A DNA stretch of 64,000 bases from Dimorphilus gyrociliatus (lineage: Eukaryota; Animalia; Annelida), in NCBI GenBank assembly GCA_904063045.1, contig CAJFCJ010000003.1:1302001-1366000 (forward strand), in the 5' to 3' direction. This document shows positions 43,901-56,382 of this stretch, piece by piece (positions within the stretch are counted from its first letter, which is position 1; each line of letters starts with the position of its first letter). The notes beneath the pieces were generated by a model. It ran no database searches and was not told the DNA's origin. It saw nothing but the letters and a program-made list of their open reading frames with translations. The translations under genes were made by a program, and so were the position numbers.

Positions 43901-46900
43901 CAACTTACTGTGCCAATAATAAATATGACTTTCGTTTCTACATTATGGTGACTATGTGGCAGTGTATGCTCAATTGATCGTTTTCTTACACTTCACATAA
44001 ATAGTTTACGTAATGGAAAGCATCGATAACAACTTTACTATGGCCAAAAAGTGACAGTTATTCTATTGAGTCGAATAGTAAATAAGAAAATTATTACTTG
44101 GAGAATTTTTTATTTTAGTTGGTCAATATTTAACACTTTTAGTTTAAATTAATATTTATTAAACAACTATCCATCAGTATACAATAACCTTAACAGAAAA
44201 TTTTACAAATTGTACGAAATTATAATAACCCAATTTAATAACCTTATAGTAAAGCAGAACTGAAATAATTGTCGTCAGGTCTTGGTTTGAAGAAAACAAT
44301 TTAACGATTCCCAAATTCTTCTATGTGAAGAAAGTGAGTGGACCCAATTATTACTTCTCATTTCCATACAAGCTCTATATGTCAATCCCAAAACCATTAC
44401 GAAAACGCGAAATAACCTCTCAAAATTAACTCTTACTTTGACATTCAGTTTTAACATCAGTTTGGTAAAAACAGGACATATGTATTTAAAAAAAGATGAG
44501 AATTACGGAATTGTTTCCACATATATATAAGGAAGCAATATTATCGATATTTGATCTGCTTAGATATGTCTGATTAAGTCATCCATCAGTTGTTTTCCCC
44601 TAATTTGAGTAATGTAAACACAGAAAACCTTTTTTTTCAGAACCGGTTTTCTAATGTTATATACTTTACCCACCTTAGGTTGGTAGGTACCCAGAGAAAA
44701 TAACTGCTATAGCAACATTGTCTCTGGGATTTGATGGATGACAAAATGGCTATTTTTAATGAATAATTATCAATAAAGATATATTTATATATTCTTATGA
44801 AGAATTAAAAGTTCAAGGGTTGATTCGAGAGAATTTTAACAAAATATATACATAATTGGACATATGAAGCAATTTAAATATAATGTTTTTAACATAAAAA
44901 TTAAACAAATCTAATCTGTTAAGACAGGATAGTTTAAATTTGGGAAAAGCCGATTCAAGCTTTGGTACTCCAACGTGCGTTGGTAAGCAGTACAAATTTC
45001 TTGGTTTGTTAATATTTCAGAAAGGAATCAAGAGAATAGTACTATTAAATATTCAAACTGCTTGGTAATGGACAATAAAGTGCAAGAGGGTTACAAACAT
45101 AACGTCTCCTATATTTCATACGTTGTGAGCGCTGATAATCAAACACGGTGATTAAAAAATTGAACAAGCATTAAGGCCACCCTACAGAAAGCTGAAGAAA
45201 GATAATGGGATACAGATATTTTCAAAAAAAAAACTAATACTTTAGTACGCCATAACATAATAGATCACCATTTGACTACGAGCAGTTAGAAAGTGGAGAA
45301 TAACTAAATGAACATTCCAAGCAAAAGTTAAAATCTATTGTAAAACTACAAATACAGCTATTGCTATTGCTGAACGAGAAACTTGTAAAATAATAAAGAT
45401 AAAATTAGGAAAATAAATGTCAATGAAATTACAAATAACTTTACCCAAGAGTACAAAACAAAATTTAGAAGTACTAAAACATTACCCATTAAAATACTGT
45501 AAAATTATAATTAATCCCAAACTACTATCTAACTTGAAAAATACATTTCATATGTAATAAACGAAATTTAAAATTATCAAACTATTCAAGTCTCAAGATA
45601 TATAACACAATAATTTTTTGGGAAAAAGTTGAAAAAATAAGATTTAATTTAATGGTTCGAAATATGAATTTTGTCGTATGTAGGTTTATGACTAAAATTT
45701 ATGAGTAAATTAAGTGTATATACCTTAATGTATAACAGCTATACACATCGCTATACAATATAATTTAGATAATTTTAAATTCTACATGTAATTAGTTGGA
45801 TATTAATTATAATATTACGACATATCACATACGTTTTAGAATGTAAAAATAAACGCAAAATTTTGTGGGTTAACTATCACAATGACGAAATCGTTTTGTT
45901 ATTTAAATGCTCAAGTATTATTTTATGTTTTGGTAAACTATGCATATATATACTTTTTAATTTTAATTTGTTTAATAAAATTTGACATAATTTTTAGTTA
46001 GAATACTTTGTAAAATAAATTAGATATATAAAATACAATTAAGCAATCAAAAACTTTATATATATATATACATATATAAATAAGAAATCAGTGAAATGTC
46101 TATACAAAATATTTTGAAATGGCTAATGTTTAAAAAATTTGGAATTAATAGGTATTAGGGCATCATTAAATTTAAAGTGCTTTGAAATTATTATGAGAAA
46201 AATTATCTTAATTTAAAAGACTAAAATTTAATAACGCAAGGAAGAGTTTAATTTAATAAAATTCTATCGTAATTACTTAGAAATAAAATTGCTGATGTAA
46301 TGTAAAACTAATAAATTTTCAGTAAAATGTCTTAATATGAAAAATAATCATGAATGAGATAGTTTGAGGAAAAACACCAAATTGAGTAAAAATTAAATTA
46401 AGTTTCAAAATAAAAACATTTAATTGTAGTAAATGCTATCAGCGAATACATCTAAAAACTTAAATCAATGTGCCTTTAAAGTTTGAAAATTAATTTAATG
46501 AAATTGTTCAGAATGAGTTAATAATTTGAATATAAGCAATATTGTTTAAAAATTAAGTTAATTTTCATTAATTATACTATTGAAAAAGTATTGTGCATTA
46601 ATAAAAATTATAAATCAACTTTAAGACTATACGATTATAAGTGCTAAATATTTACACGATATTCGAAATTTCATTTTTTTGTGACCCAAAAAAATATTAA
46701 ACTTTCCATTTTAAAACACTTAATTAACTTAATAAAGAAATGTAGCATTCAACGACGTTAGAGAACTTTAGAATTTAGTAAGATTTAGGGTAAACATGGA
46801 CTTGTAAAAGTCTCAATCATGCAATTGTCAACACGAATTGTGCTATAGAATATTTAAGAATGAAAAAAAAAAATACATATATATATATGCAACTTTGTAA

Positions 46901-49124
46901 TATGGGCAATGAATAAATTAAGCATCAAATAAATTGCAAATAATGATACCAAATTATCTTGATAAACCCTCTGACTGTACCCTTTAGTACCTGATTTAAA
47001 ACAAAACTTTCTTTATCTGTATTTAAATGCAAACCTAATGGGGCTGATGTGTTTCAGAATCAGAAATCCATCTTTGCTATTACCTTTAATTACAAACATT
47101 AAAATGGAATATATTCAAGTACTCACTATTCAAAATCCCTTGTATTTCCCTCACTTAAAAAAGACGATTGTCTTCAAGTAACCGCAACGCTTACATTTTT
47201 AACGTAATTCTTATACCTTTAACAATAAAAAGTTAACCTAAATCTGACCCCACCTGACTTAAGTATTTTTTGCGTCCCAACTCTTTCGAATATACTTCGT
47301 AACCACATGTATAACTGGTGGACCTGGTCAAAACACCATTTAAACATATATACATATTTTGGAGTTTACCAATTTATGCATTAGAGCCATTTCCTTGTAT
47401 CTTTAATAACCAATAAAGATTAAACCCAACAAAAGGGAAATCTATAACCTAATTTTGGAGCCTTTTTATTAATAAAGAGAATATGCATTGAAAATAATTA
47501 GAATAACATACATATAAAAAATATTTCTTTATTAAAAAAATTCTATGGATTTTAAATGAATATATATATATATTAGGGAGTGATTTTAATTTAATGGCCA
47601 CTCTGTCAGGAAATAAGTAAAACCCTGCGAATGGTAAATTGTAGTATTAAAAAAAAACACTCTGTTAATTGTTGGGTCCAGATTTATAGCCGAAATAAGG
47701 AGAATTCAAATATTATTATAACGAAGTTCCTAATGATGATCCTTGATACGATGAAAAGACAAGCGACCATAAGAAAAAAATCACGTTCTAATTTCTTCGT
47801 TTCATGAGAATCACACGTTGAGATCGATTGGACATAGTTTAAGCGACGCTTAAAACTACACTTAAAAATATCTTCCTTAACTGAGCCCGCCACCTTACAA
47901 GGCTATGGAGAGGTATGGTTGAATATTTAAGCGTACATAATAAAGCGATTATATCAGTCATAATGAAATTCCCGCATGGGATAATGAGGATGGTATAATT
48001 TTCTTTAAATTTTGGAACTGGAGGTTTTCTTGCATCCTAGATTGTCTAGTAGATGATTTATATGCTTTAACGCTATAGCAAAATACCCAAAAGGAGCCGA
48101 CTTATTTCGCCTTTTACCATTCGCAAAGACAACGAGATAATTCACAAGTACAGCTTTTAGTAAAAAAAGCATTAATAATTCTGCATATTTCCTAAATCCT
48201 TCTCAATAACTTCAAGTTGATACTTCCTATGTTTTCTTAACTTTCGCTATAAAAATGCTACTTCAACCAATTCGTTAACTTTCTCAACATAATTTTTGCC
48301 GTAGATTAATCAGCGGAGAGAGGGGAGAAGGCTTGCTATTATTTTCTTGGATTTTTTGTTAGATCGCGAACAAAAACTCAAACATCCGGACAGTAAAATG
48401 GTGGCGATATGGGCCTATCTTGGAAGATTACGTCGATTTACTTCCCAAGACTTCAGCTACATCATTGTATAATTAACGCCATTCTTAATGTAAATTTTTC
48501 ATCCGCTGAACGTCAAAATTATACGCGGTCAATTTTACTCTTAAACTACCCATTTTGATTACTAATAACTTCTAATCGGTGACGAAACCTGATGAAATAT
48601 AATAAAAAATAACGATATTATGCATATATACGGTTGTAAATAAAAGCTCAACAACATACATAATTGTTATCAATATGTTTTATAAATTGGAATTTATAAG
48701 ATCAGTTGTAATAGTTTACTATTAAGCTCTTTTAGTATGGAGGAAACTAAAAGAACGACCTCAATATTCAAGAATAAACAACTGCGCATATAGATGGCAG
48801 CCATCTTGATTTTTTTTTAAATTTGTTTTTCTCAATTCAAGGTCTTAAAAATTTTGCTGATATCTCGATACATAAAAAAGAATTATCGAAGCAAGCTCTT
48901 GAGAATAATTTTAGCTTTATAGACACTTAAAACGTAGTTTTGTAATTGTCACGTGTCTGACGCCATCTTGGCTACTGTCAAACAAAAATGAAAGCAGCAA
49001 TATTTTTAAAGTTTCTTTTAGTTTTCCTCATTTTAATTATAATGAAGTATCATATTTGACTTTGAAAAACCCTCAGTTTTGAGACAAATTTACACAGGAT
49101 AAGAATATACAAAATTTCACTTAC

Positions 49125-49500
49125 CTAAAGGCACCATACAATTCTTCGCTGGAATTTTCCATTATTGCGTCGTTACGATTTTTTTAACGCCGACGCTTCT
49201 ATTTTGAAGAGCCCGATACGAATCGAGCAGTCTTGTGCAGAGCTAAGCTAACTGATGCTTTTGAATATGACTTATATAGTCTGACCAACGCCCTGTCGCT
49301 TAGTGAGAAATAAATGTTGCCTTCTATTATGAAATACGTGGCAACAACTATGAATCATCAAAAATTCCAAATACGTCATCAAAACGTTCGATTCGTCCAA
49401 TCAGCGTTCGTTCAATTAATCATGCTTTCAATAAAAAACAAACGGTTTCGGAAAAGGAAGTTACAAAAGCCCGTTTACAGCGCCATCTAGTTCCGAAAAT
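49125..49500 (-). promoter_or_regulatory. Putative promoter plus first exon of an unassigned minus-strand transcript
   Basis: Donor TAG|GTAAGT at 49124, short ORF MENSSEELYGAF from 49162, CCAATCAG at 49397-49404, TACGTCA at 49372-49378 and CAGCGCCATCTAG at 49478-49490. Confidence 0.4.
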
Positions 49501-50569
49501 ATTCTCCTAATAAGTTTATTTCCATAGATATCAAGTAAACTAATGAAAATAAACGTTAAAAAAATTAAATGTAAATTTTAGCGAAAATCAATGTGCTTTT
49601 AGAGGATATTGAAACATATGTAACAAATCTGCTCAAATAAAATAAAATCTAAAAATAGATATATAAAAACATAATAAAAAAATGAGCGATTGAATACTTG
49701 ATGTACAAGATATATATATTCAGATTGCTACAAGTACATTACTGATAATGACAAACACAATGTACAAGTGAATATATAAATTTGTATCGAATATGAAATG
49801 TTAAGGTTATGTTCATTTCGTGAATGGGATTTATGGCACCTATATATTTTAGAAACATGTGTCATCCCCTTTAATTAATTTTATTTTAATCAAAAGCCTG
49901 TATATTTCTTATCAAATACAGTTGATAAAAATTGATAATTCCATTGTTTGTCTTATTTTAGTGTATCCCTTATTTCCATGAAAAACAAAAAGATTTCAAC
50001 AATTTATTAGCACCATAGGTTATGGTAGAAAATGAAAATCATGAATATGTATTAAGCTTTTTAATATTTGCATATTCACTACCATTAGGGAAGAATTAAC
50101 TTGAATTATTTAATTAATCGAAATGGAGGGGAGAGGGGCCAAAGAGTGCGTCCATAAAGTATTTAGGCCTTCCCATCAGCTTATACACTGCATTGTGTCT
50201 AGATCTATATGTATATACTAATATATATATAGTATTCAAAGGGGCAAGTGATCTATCTATAAAGTTTAGTTGACAATTCAAGTAAGTAGAATATTTTTTC
50301 CCCTCGGTAATTATAATTTTAATTATAATGAAATGAAAAAATGCTATTGTTATTCCTTTTGTGGATGATGATGATGCTATCTATGTAGTAGTAATATCCT
50401 ATGTATCATCTGTAAAAATTTTTAAATGTCGTGCTAGTCAGCACGTAGATGTTAAATAAATTAATTCAATGGAAGTAAACAAAGGGTTAAATGAATATCA
50501 GCCTATAATTAAATATGTTTATTCTATAGATAAAAAGAAAGGGATTAGGGCAACTTGAAAAAGAGAAAA

Positions 50570-53500
50570 ATGAATGATAGAACCGAAAGTTTCAATGGAA
50601 AATCCAGTTGGAAAGAATTCATTGACCATACAACCTTTCATGGAATAAGATATTTATTTATTCAGGATTCTCCATTTAGTAAAATTAGACGGTTTCGTAG
50701 AATTATTATAGTATTTATTATCTAAGCTATCAAATCCTTCAACCAAATAGATTCATCTGGATATTATTTATTATCGGAGCTAGCTTCCTCTTTGGTATGC
50801 ATTGTTATCAAAGGATATCAGAATACTTCAAGAAAGGAGCAATGACTAATTACCATATATACAATTATAACAAAATCCACTATCCAGCAATAACTTTTTG
50901 TAACAAACAAATTAAAAAGTTGAATTTTACAAGTTTTATTTCATTTCCCAAGTATAAAGTTCTGTTTTTTTCGTACAGTTCCATAATTTCCCAAGACTAT
51001 CCATTGGAGAGAGTTATAAAAATAACAGAATGGAAAAATGGTTTGTAAGAAATATCATTCAATGGAAAATATATATATATATGCACTATTTTTAGATTCA
51101 AAACAGTTTCTTGAATCGATGCTTCTCCATAATTTTGTTATATCCGTTAAAGAGAATGTAGATATGTATGATTATAGCCTTGAAAAATTTATTGTCAGGT
51201 AAATATTGGAAAAGACTAGAAAAGAAGATGGATTGCTGACTAATATTTGTTTTTTTTTGATATTTTCAAAGATGTAAATTTGATGAAAGAGACTGTAATA
51301 TTCATAAAGATTTCACTAAAACGTATACTGAATATGGTATATGCTATACATTTAACAGGGAATCATTACAAACAACAAGCAATCCAGGTATTTAATTAAG
51401 GGAAATTCTATCTTATATTGAAACATTACTTTGATATGAATTGAATTGCTTACTTTCTTATTTCTAGGCAAGGATAAAGGATTATCAATTATATTCAATA
51501 CTGATAGTTATTTGAATAAAAGTCATATCAAAAAGTCAATGGAATCTGGTATTAAAGTTTGTTTTCTTTTTAAACAAGTGATACGGTAATTCAGCTGTTA
51601 TTTACTTCCTTCAGTTCCTAATCCATAGTTCAAACTCTTTTCCTAATATTATGGAATCCGGTGAAGAAATATCAGCTGGAACATCTTTGTCCATCAAACT
51701 TACGAACACGCAAGTAATGTTAAACAGATGATAGAGGAATAGTTTAAAAGAAATTAGAGTAACTTTTACCTTTCAGTTGAAGGTTTTGCCAGAACCATAT
51801 GGACATTGTAATGAGAATAATATTCCAATGTCGAATTGCTATTTAAACTGTAAGATTGATATGTATCTAAGACATTGCAATTGTCTAGAAGAATATATGA
51901 CGACGAATTTGAATCAGATGTGTTTACTCTTTCAACAATATTTGTGTTTGAAAAGTTTGTTATCTCCCTTAATATAATAATTAATATTAAAAGAAAGCGA
52001 TAATTTCTACAGAATTGGAAAATCTTAAAAATACTACTTGTTCGTGTAAACTTCCTTGTATATATGTGAAATACGATTCGTATGCAATTTCCTCCAACAT
52101 TTTTTATTCAATCTATTCTGATACAAAATTACAATCATTTCTAAAAGAGTTATCATGGTCGGAAAAGTATAAAGAGCTTAAACGACAACTCAAAGATCTA
52201 CGAAAGACATTTAACGAAATAATAAGGGCGGTACGGGCATGGGAGAGAAATAAGAGCTTTAGAAAAGATGTTATTTTAATCCTGTTTAGAAGTAGTGTTG
52301 ACGACGTTCAACGGTTATTAACCGTTAATGCAGATATCAGAAAAGAATTAAAAACTTCTCGAATCAGTGATAAACTCTTACTACTCCAAAATCAATTATT
52401 GTTTATGAGTAATCTGAAAGATATAAATGGAAGCTTTCGAATAGATAATAGAACGGAATTGATACAAGTTTGCTTTAATCATAATAACTCAACAGATAAG
52501 AATTGTTCGCCCTCCTGCAAGATTGTAGATCCTGAATGCTTTCATGAAGACCACATGGAATTAGGAATAATAGCCCAATCTCTTGCATTTTTTGATGGTG
52601 TTTCAAATAGCTTCTGTAGCCCAGACTTGACTTTCTTCAAACAGATACCTGGCATATTGAGAAATATAAGCGAATTTATGACAGCACTCCAAGACTTTAA
52701 TCCAACTTTACTGTCTAAATATAGCAAAATGCCTATACGAGACTATTTATTTCAGTTGATCGTTATATTAACGAATAACAACTGCAACATTTTCAAACCT
52801 AGAGGAACAGATCTCCAAGCTCATGAGAATTTAAAAGTCATTCTAACACACTTTAACCAGCTTGCATTCAATCTAGATGGATGCTTGCATAGAATTTCAA
52901 TGCTGTTTTCAGAAAATATACTGGTATTATCTAGAGTGTTTGACAATTTAGAAGAAGAATTTGAAAAATCCATGAAAGTAGACTTCAACTTTGCAAGCGT
53001 TTTTTTATCTACCTCGGATTTCCTGGACCTAAGTTGTGATAACGAATTCCACTTGATACAGTACGCAATAGACAAGCTTAAAAACACTTTAAATCATTAT
53101 CTTGAAGTACATCCTACTTTTCTCTGCGATAAAAGAGGTTTTAAACTTCCTTCAATACCAACAGCACGTTTCTCTTGTTACCTATTGTAAGTATATATTA
53201 GCCAAGTATTATTATCAGAGTACTATTTCTCTTTTTGGTAGCTCACTAGGATCTCCGACGAATAGCTACAATCTTCAAGCAGACTTTAATAGGATTTTCG
53301 AAGATGCACAAAGTGCTTATTCTCTAGATGGAAAGATGTTAAGGAAGCTTAAAGAAAAGCTGTATAAAGTAAAAGAAACTATAGTAGATATCGTTGAAAA
53401 TCATAAAAAGGATGAAGCCGATGTTGAAAGAATAATACATAATAATCTAATTAAATTGAATATCTTCTATAGCGATTTGAATGTTATTAAAATAGATCAG

Positions 53501-53647
53501 AAAGTTCAATTTGATGTTTATACTCTCATTTCAGAAATTGGAGGATGTTTGGGATTGTTTCTTGGAGCATCAATTCTATCATTATGTGAATTATGTGATT
53601 ATGTGTTGTTTAAATGCTTATTACGATTAAGAAACAGAAAGAATTGA
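50570..53647 (+). CDS. DEG/ENaC (amiloride-sensitive sodium channel / ASIC-like) subunit; 10 exons, about 838 aa, with a large extracellular insertion
   Basis: Exons 50570-50691, 50751-50918, 50979-51040, 51096-51198, 51272-51387, 51468-51556, 51615-51713, 51777-51954, 52013-53186 and 53242-53647 are all GT-AG and phase-consistent, totalling 2517 nt. Family motifs: TTFHGIRY (HG motif), TM1, YPAITFCN, GICYTFN, LPEPYGHC, a Cys-rich thumb ending CSCKLPC, and TM2 ISEIGGCLGLFLGASILSLCE (GAS filter). Confidence 0.9.
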
Positions 53648-53781
53648 ATATATTGTATAAACGTATATATATATATATGCTGTATATTGATTTTGCACAT
53701 ATATTGGTGTATTATGTTAGTCTTAAAAACTGTATTCTGTATTTGCTAAATAATAAATTTGATAATTATTTAAAATTTAAA

Positions 53782-55005
53782 TTATTCCACCCATAATATG
53801 GATTCATCAATATCTGAAACTTTACTGCATCCTACCAAAGCCATAGCATTTTTTAACTCTTTACTTAATATTTCGATTAGTTTTTCTACGCCTTCTTCAC
53901 CCTGAAAAAGAATAATTTTGTTGTTAATGAAAGAGCTTTTGTCTATAATTAACATCTAATTACATCGTATGCCAAAGCACTAAGTACAGGTCGACCAAAG
54001 AAAACGCAATTTGCACCAAGAGCAAGGCCCTTTAATATATCTGTCCCTTTCGAAAATCCTCCATCGACGTACAATTCAACCCCTTTACCTTTCAGGACAG
54101 GCGCAATTCTTCTAAGACTTTCAATAGTTGAAGGACCGTCACCTAATTGTCGTCCTCCGTGATTAGAAACCCAAACAGCATCTACTCCAGCTTCAACAGC
54201 TGCTAGAGCATCCTCTGGTTTACAGATTCCTTTAGCAAGGATCTTTAGTTTTGTCAGCTTCTTTAATCTACGAATATCATCCCAAGTTTGACAATATGAA
54301 TCAACTTCAGAAGCATCCTTGCTCGTATCCTTCATTAATTCAGACAAAATACCTTTAGGAAAATTTGGCATTGGCCAATGAACTGTGCTGTTGTCTTCCT
54401 CTATCGCTTTGTCAAAACTTCTATTACCGTGAACCGCATGATCCAGAGTAATAGCAATTGCATGAAAGCCAGATTTTTCCAATCTTTTAATGATTTCCTC
54501 GTTCATAGAATCTTTTGAATAGACGTTCATTTGCATAATTTTCAGACAATTTTTCTCACGAACTGATTTGCCGACTTGTTCGATGGAGGTTTCGGCGTAA
54601 GAACTTAAACCGAAAGGAATATTATTATCTGAAGCAGCTCTAGCAGCCTGAATCTCTCCGTAATCATTTATCCATGCTCTGCACATAGTTGGAGAGAAAC
54701 CGAATGGCATACCAATTTTATGGCCCAAAATCTCAGTTTCCAGACACCTCTCCTCTAAATTAGCGCATACTTTTGGCATCAAGAGAATTCTATACAAAAT
54801 AGAAAAAACGATTTTAGATAATAGTTTAAAAGAAGAAAGAAAAGAAGGTGTACTTCTCAATGTCCGTCTTGTTCCTTTCTACGCATTGATGCTGATCAGC
54901 TCCACCGTAGATGTATTTTATGAGTTTGTCTGATAAATTTGTTTTCCCAAGTCGTTCAATATCTTTGTATGAAAAGACAATATTTTCAGTTTCTACGGTA
55001 TTCAT
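53782..55005 (-). CDS. FMN-dependent alpha-hydroxyacid oxidase (HAO/glycolate oxidase family), divergent; 3 exons, about 365 aa
   Basis: Exons 55005-54854, 54789-53964 and 53901-53782 are phase-consistent, 1098 nt total. Motifs: YGGA, PFGFSPT, AITLD, TWDDI, KGI, VSNHGGRQL, VDGG, GTDILKGLALGA, GRP and C-terminal GEEGVEKLIEIL..EL..AMALVGC. Confidence 0.9.
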
Positions 55006-55569
55006 TTGGCTGCTATTAGGTTTATCACTCGCTGAGTACAAGCTCTAAACTGAAGGTTATTCTGCTTTTATGGAAGTCATCCCAGTGCATGTGTATTACC
55101 CTCATGTTGTAGCATATGTTAATGATAAGAATCTATGATGATCCTCTCTCCTCTTTCCCCTTCACTCCACGTATACTTTATAGTTTAGTGCAACATATTT
55201 CATATAACATTAATTATAATTCGAAGCTTCATATAAATAGAATGCACACATGTACCAAAAAGACAAAGTGGCTAATTATTATGGCACAAAATATCTGTAT
55301 TCATTCTATTAATAAAACAACAAGAAAGCGAATATCGTTTTGTTTATGCTGAGAGTATAAACTCTCATTAAGTGTTTAAACAGAAGGAATGCTTTTCTTT
55401 TGTTGAATGGTAATTACGTGTCATCTTTGTCTGCTGATGAAATAATTAGGTGCGTCTAATTATTAGGTTAACAAGGTAAGCACCAGAAGAGCCATCTATA
55501 CTTTTTATCTGTCAATAATAAGAAATAAAGAGGATATTTGCTTTTGGTAATATAATACTAAGAATATAA

Positions 55570-56382
55570 CTAACCAGTATACATGACATTCATTTCGGCC
55601 CTATCCCTTGCCTTCTCTGACAAGAATATATCTATATCCTCTTCAACTCGTTTCGCCAAATTACTCTTACCGACATCGTATAGAGCTTTTACCAAGATTT
55701 TATACTTTTCCACCACCTCTTTACAATCCAACCCTATTTTGTAAATGCTTGTTTCCCTTCTCCAACGTTCGCACGTGTTTGCATATGCATTCTTTCCAAA
55801 CCACCATCTTAAAAGGAAGCGCTGATTAATCTCCGATAGGTTATTCTTCATTTCAATATGATGTTCCACTCCAAGACTGTTACATAACGATTGAAATTGA
55901 TTGTTGGGTATTTGTTCATTAGCCAATAGTTGTAAATCAATTAATAAATCACCTTCTGCAAGTTATTTTCTCATCTTTTAAAATATTAGAGTTATTAATA
56001 GATGAGTTATTTATTACCTGTTCTGTTACTATCAGGATAGTTAGCTTTTGAAAAATACCGAGCTCCCTCAAAACCAACGCCACTTAATCCTTCTGACAAT
56101 ATTTCGTACTTGTCTTCAACACTTAGATGACCAACATTTCCATAATCCCATTGTCTTAAGGCGTACATCCTCCGACTGACATCAATTTGATAGACTTCCT
56201 CATCTTGAATCCCAAGTATTTTCGCCAATTTTACAGCCTCTTTTCTACTGAGTTGAGATGCAATATCTTTCAGATATGCCTCCTCTGTTGAAGTAAAAAA
56301 AAACACTATACTTTAGCAAAAATTCGAATAAAGTAAATGTTTATCTTTCATTACCGTAGAACATTTTTTTTAGATTATCCAT
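55570..56382 (-). CDS. Small protein with two tandem death-domain-like folds; about 226 aa (start exon tentative)
   Basis: Exons 56382-56355, 56284-56018 and 55955-55570 are phase 1/1 GT-AG, 681 nt total. Two similar helical units: LAKILGI...LRQW...VEDKYEILSEGLSGVG and LCNSLGV...LLRWW...VVEKYKILVKALYDVGKSNLAKRV. These match the death-domain pattern L..LG...W...L..AL..vG...LA..v. The fold assignment is by eye only. Confidence 0.6.

Noticed and set aside
43600-45500. Faint LINE-like peptide fragments (e.g. SWFEENNLTI, IDH, RKWRI)
   Set aside because: No YADD or other diagnostic motif recovered; needs a database search.
47626-48125. 13-bp inverted repeat (TGCGAATGGTAAA) 500 bp apart, possible MITE ends
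   Set aside because: No target-site duplication, and the match is too short to exceed chance.
52542-53087. Antisense ORFs within the channel exon (also 7994-8194, 23053-23253, 61745-62104)
   Set aside because: Shadow ORFs of real coding sequence.
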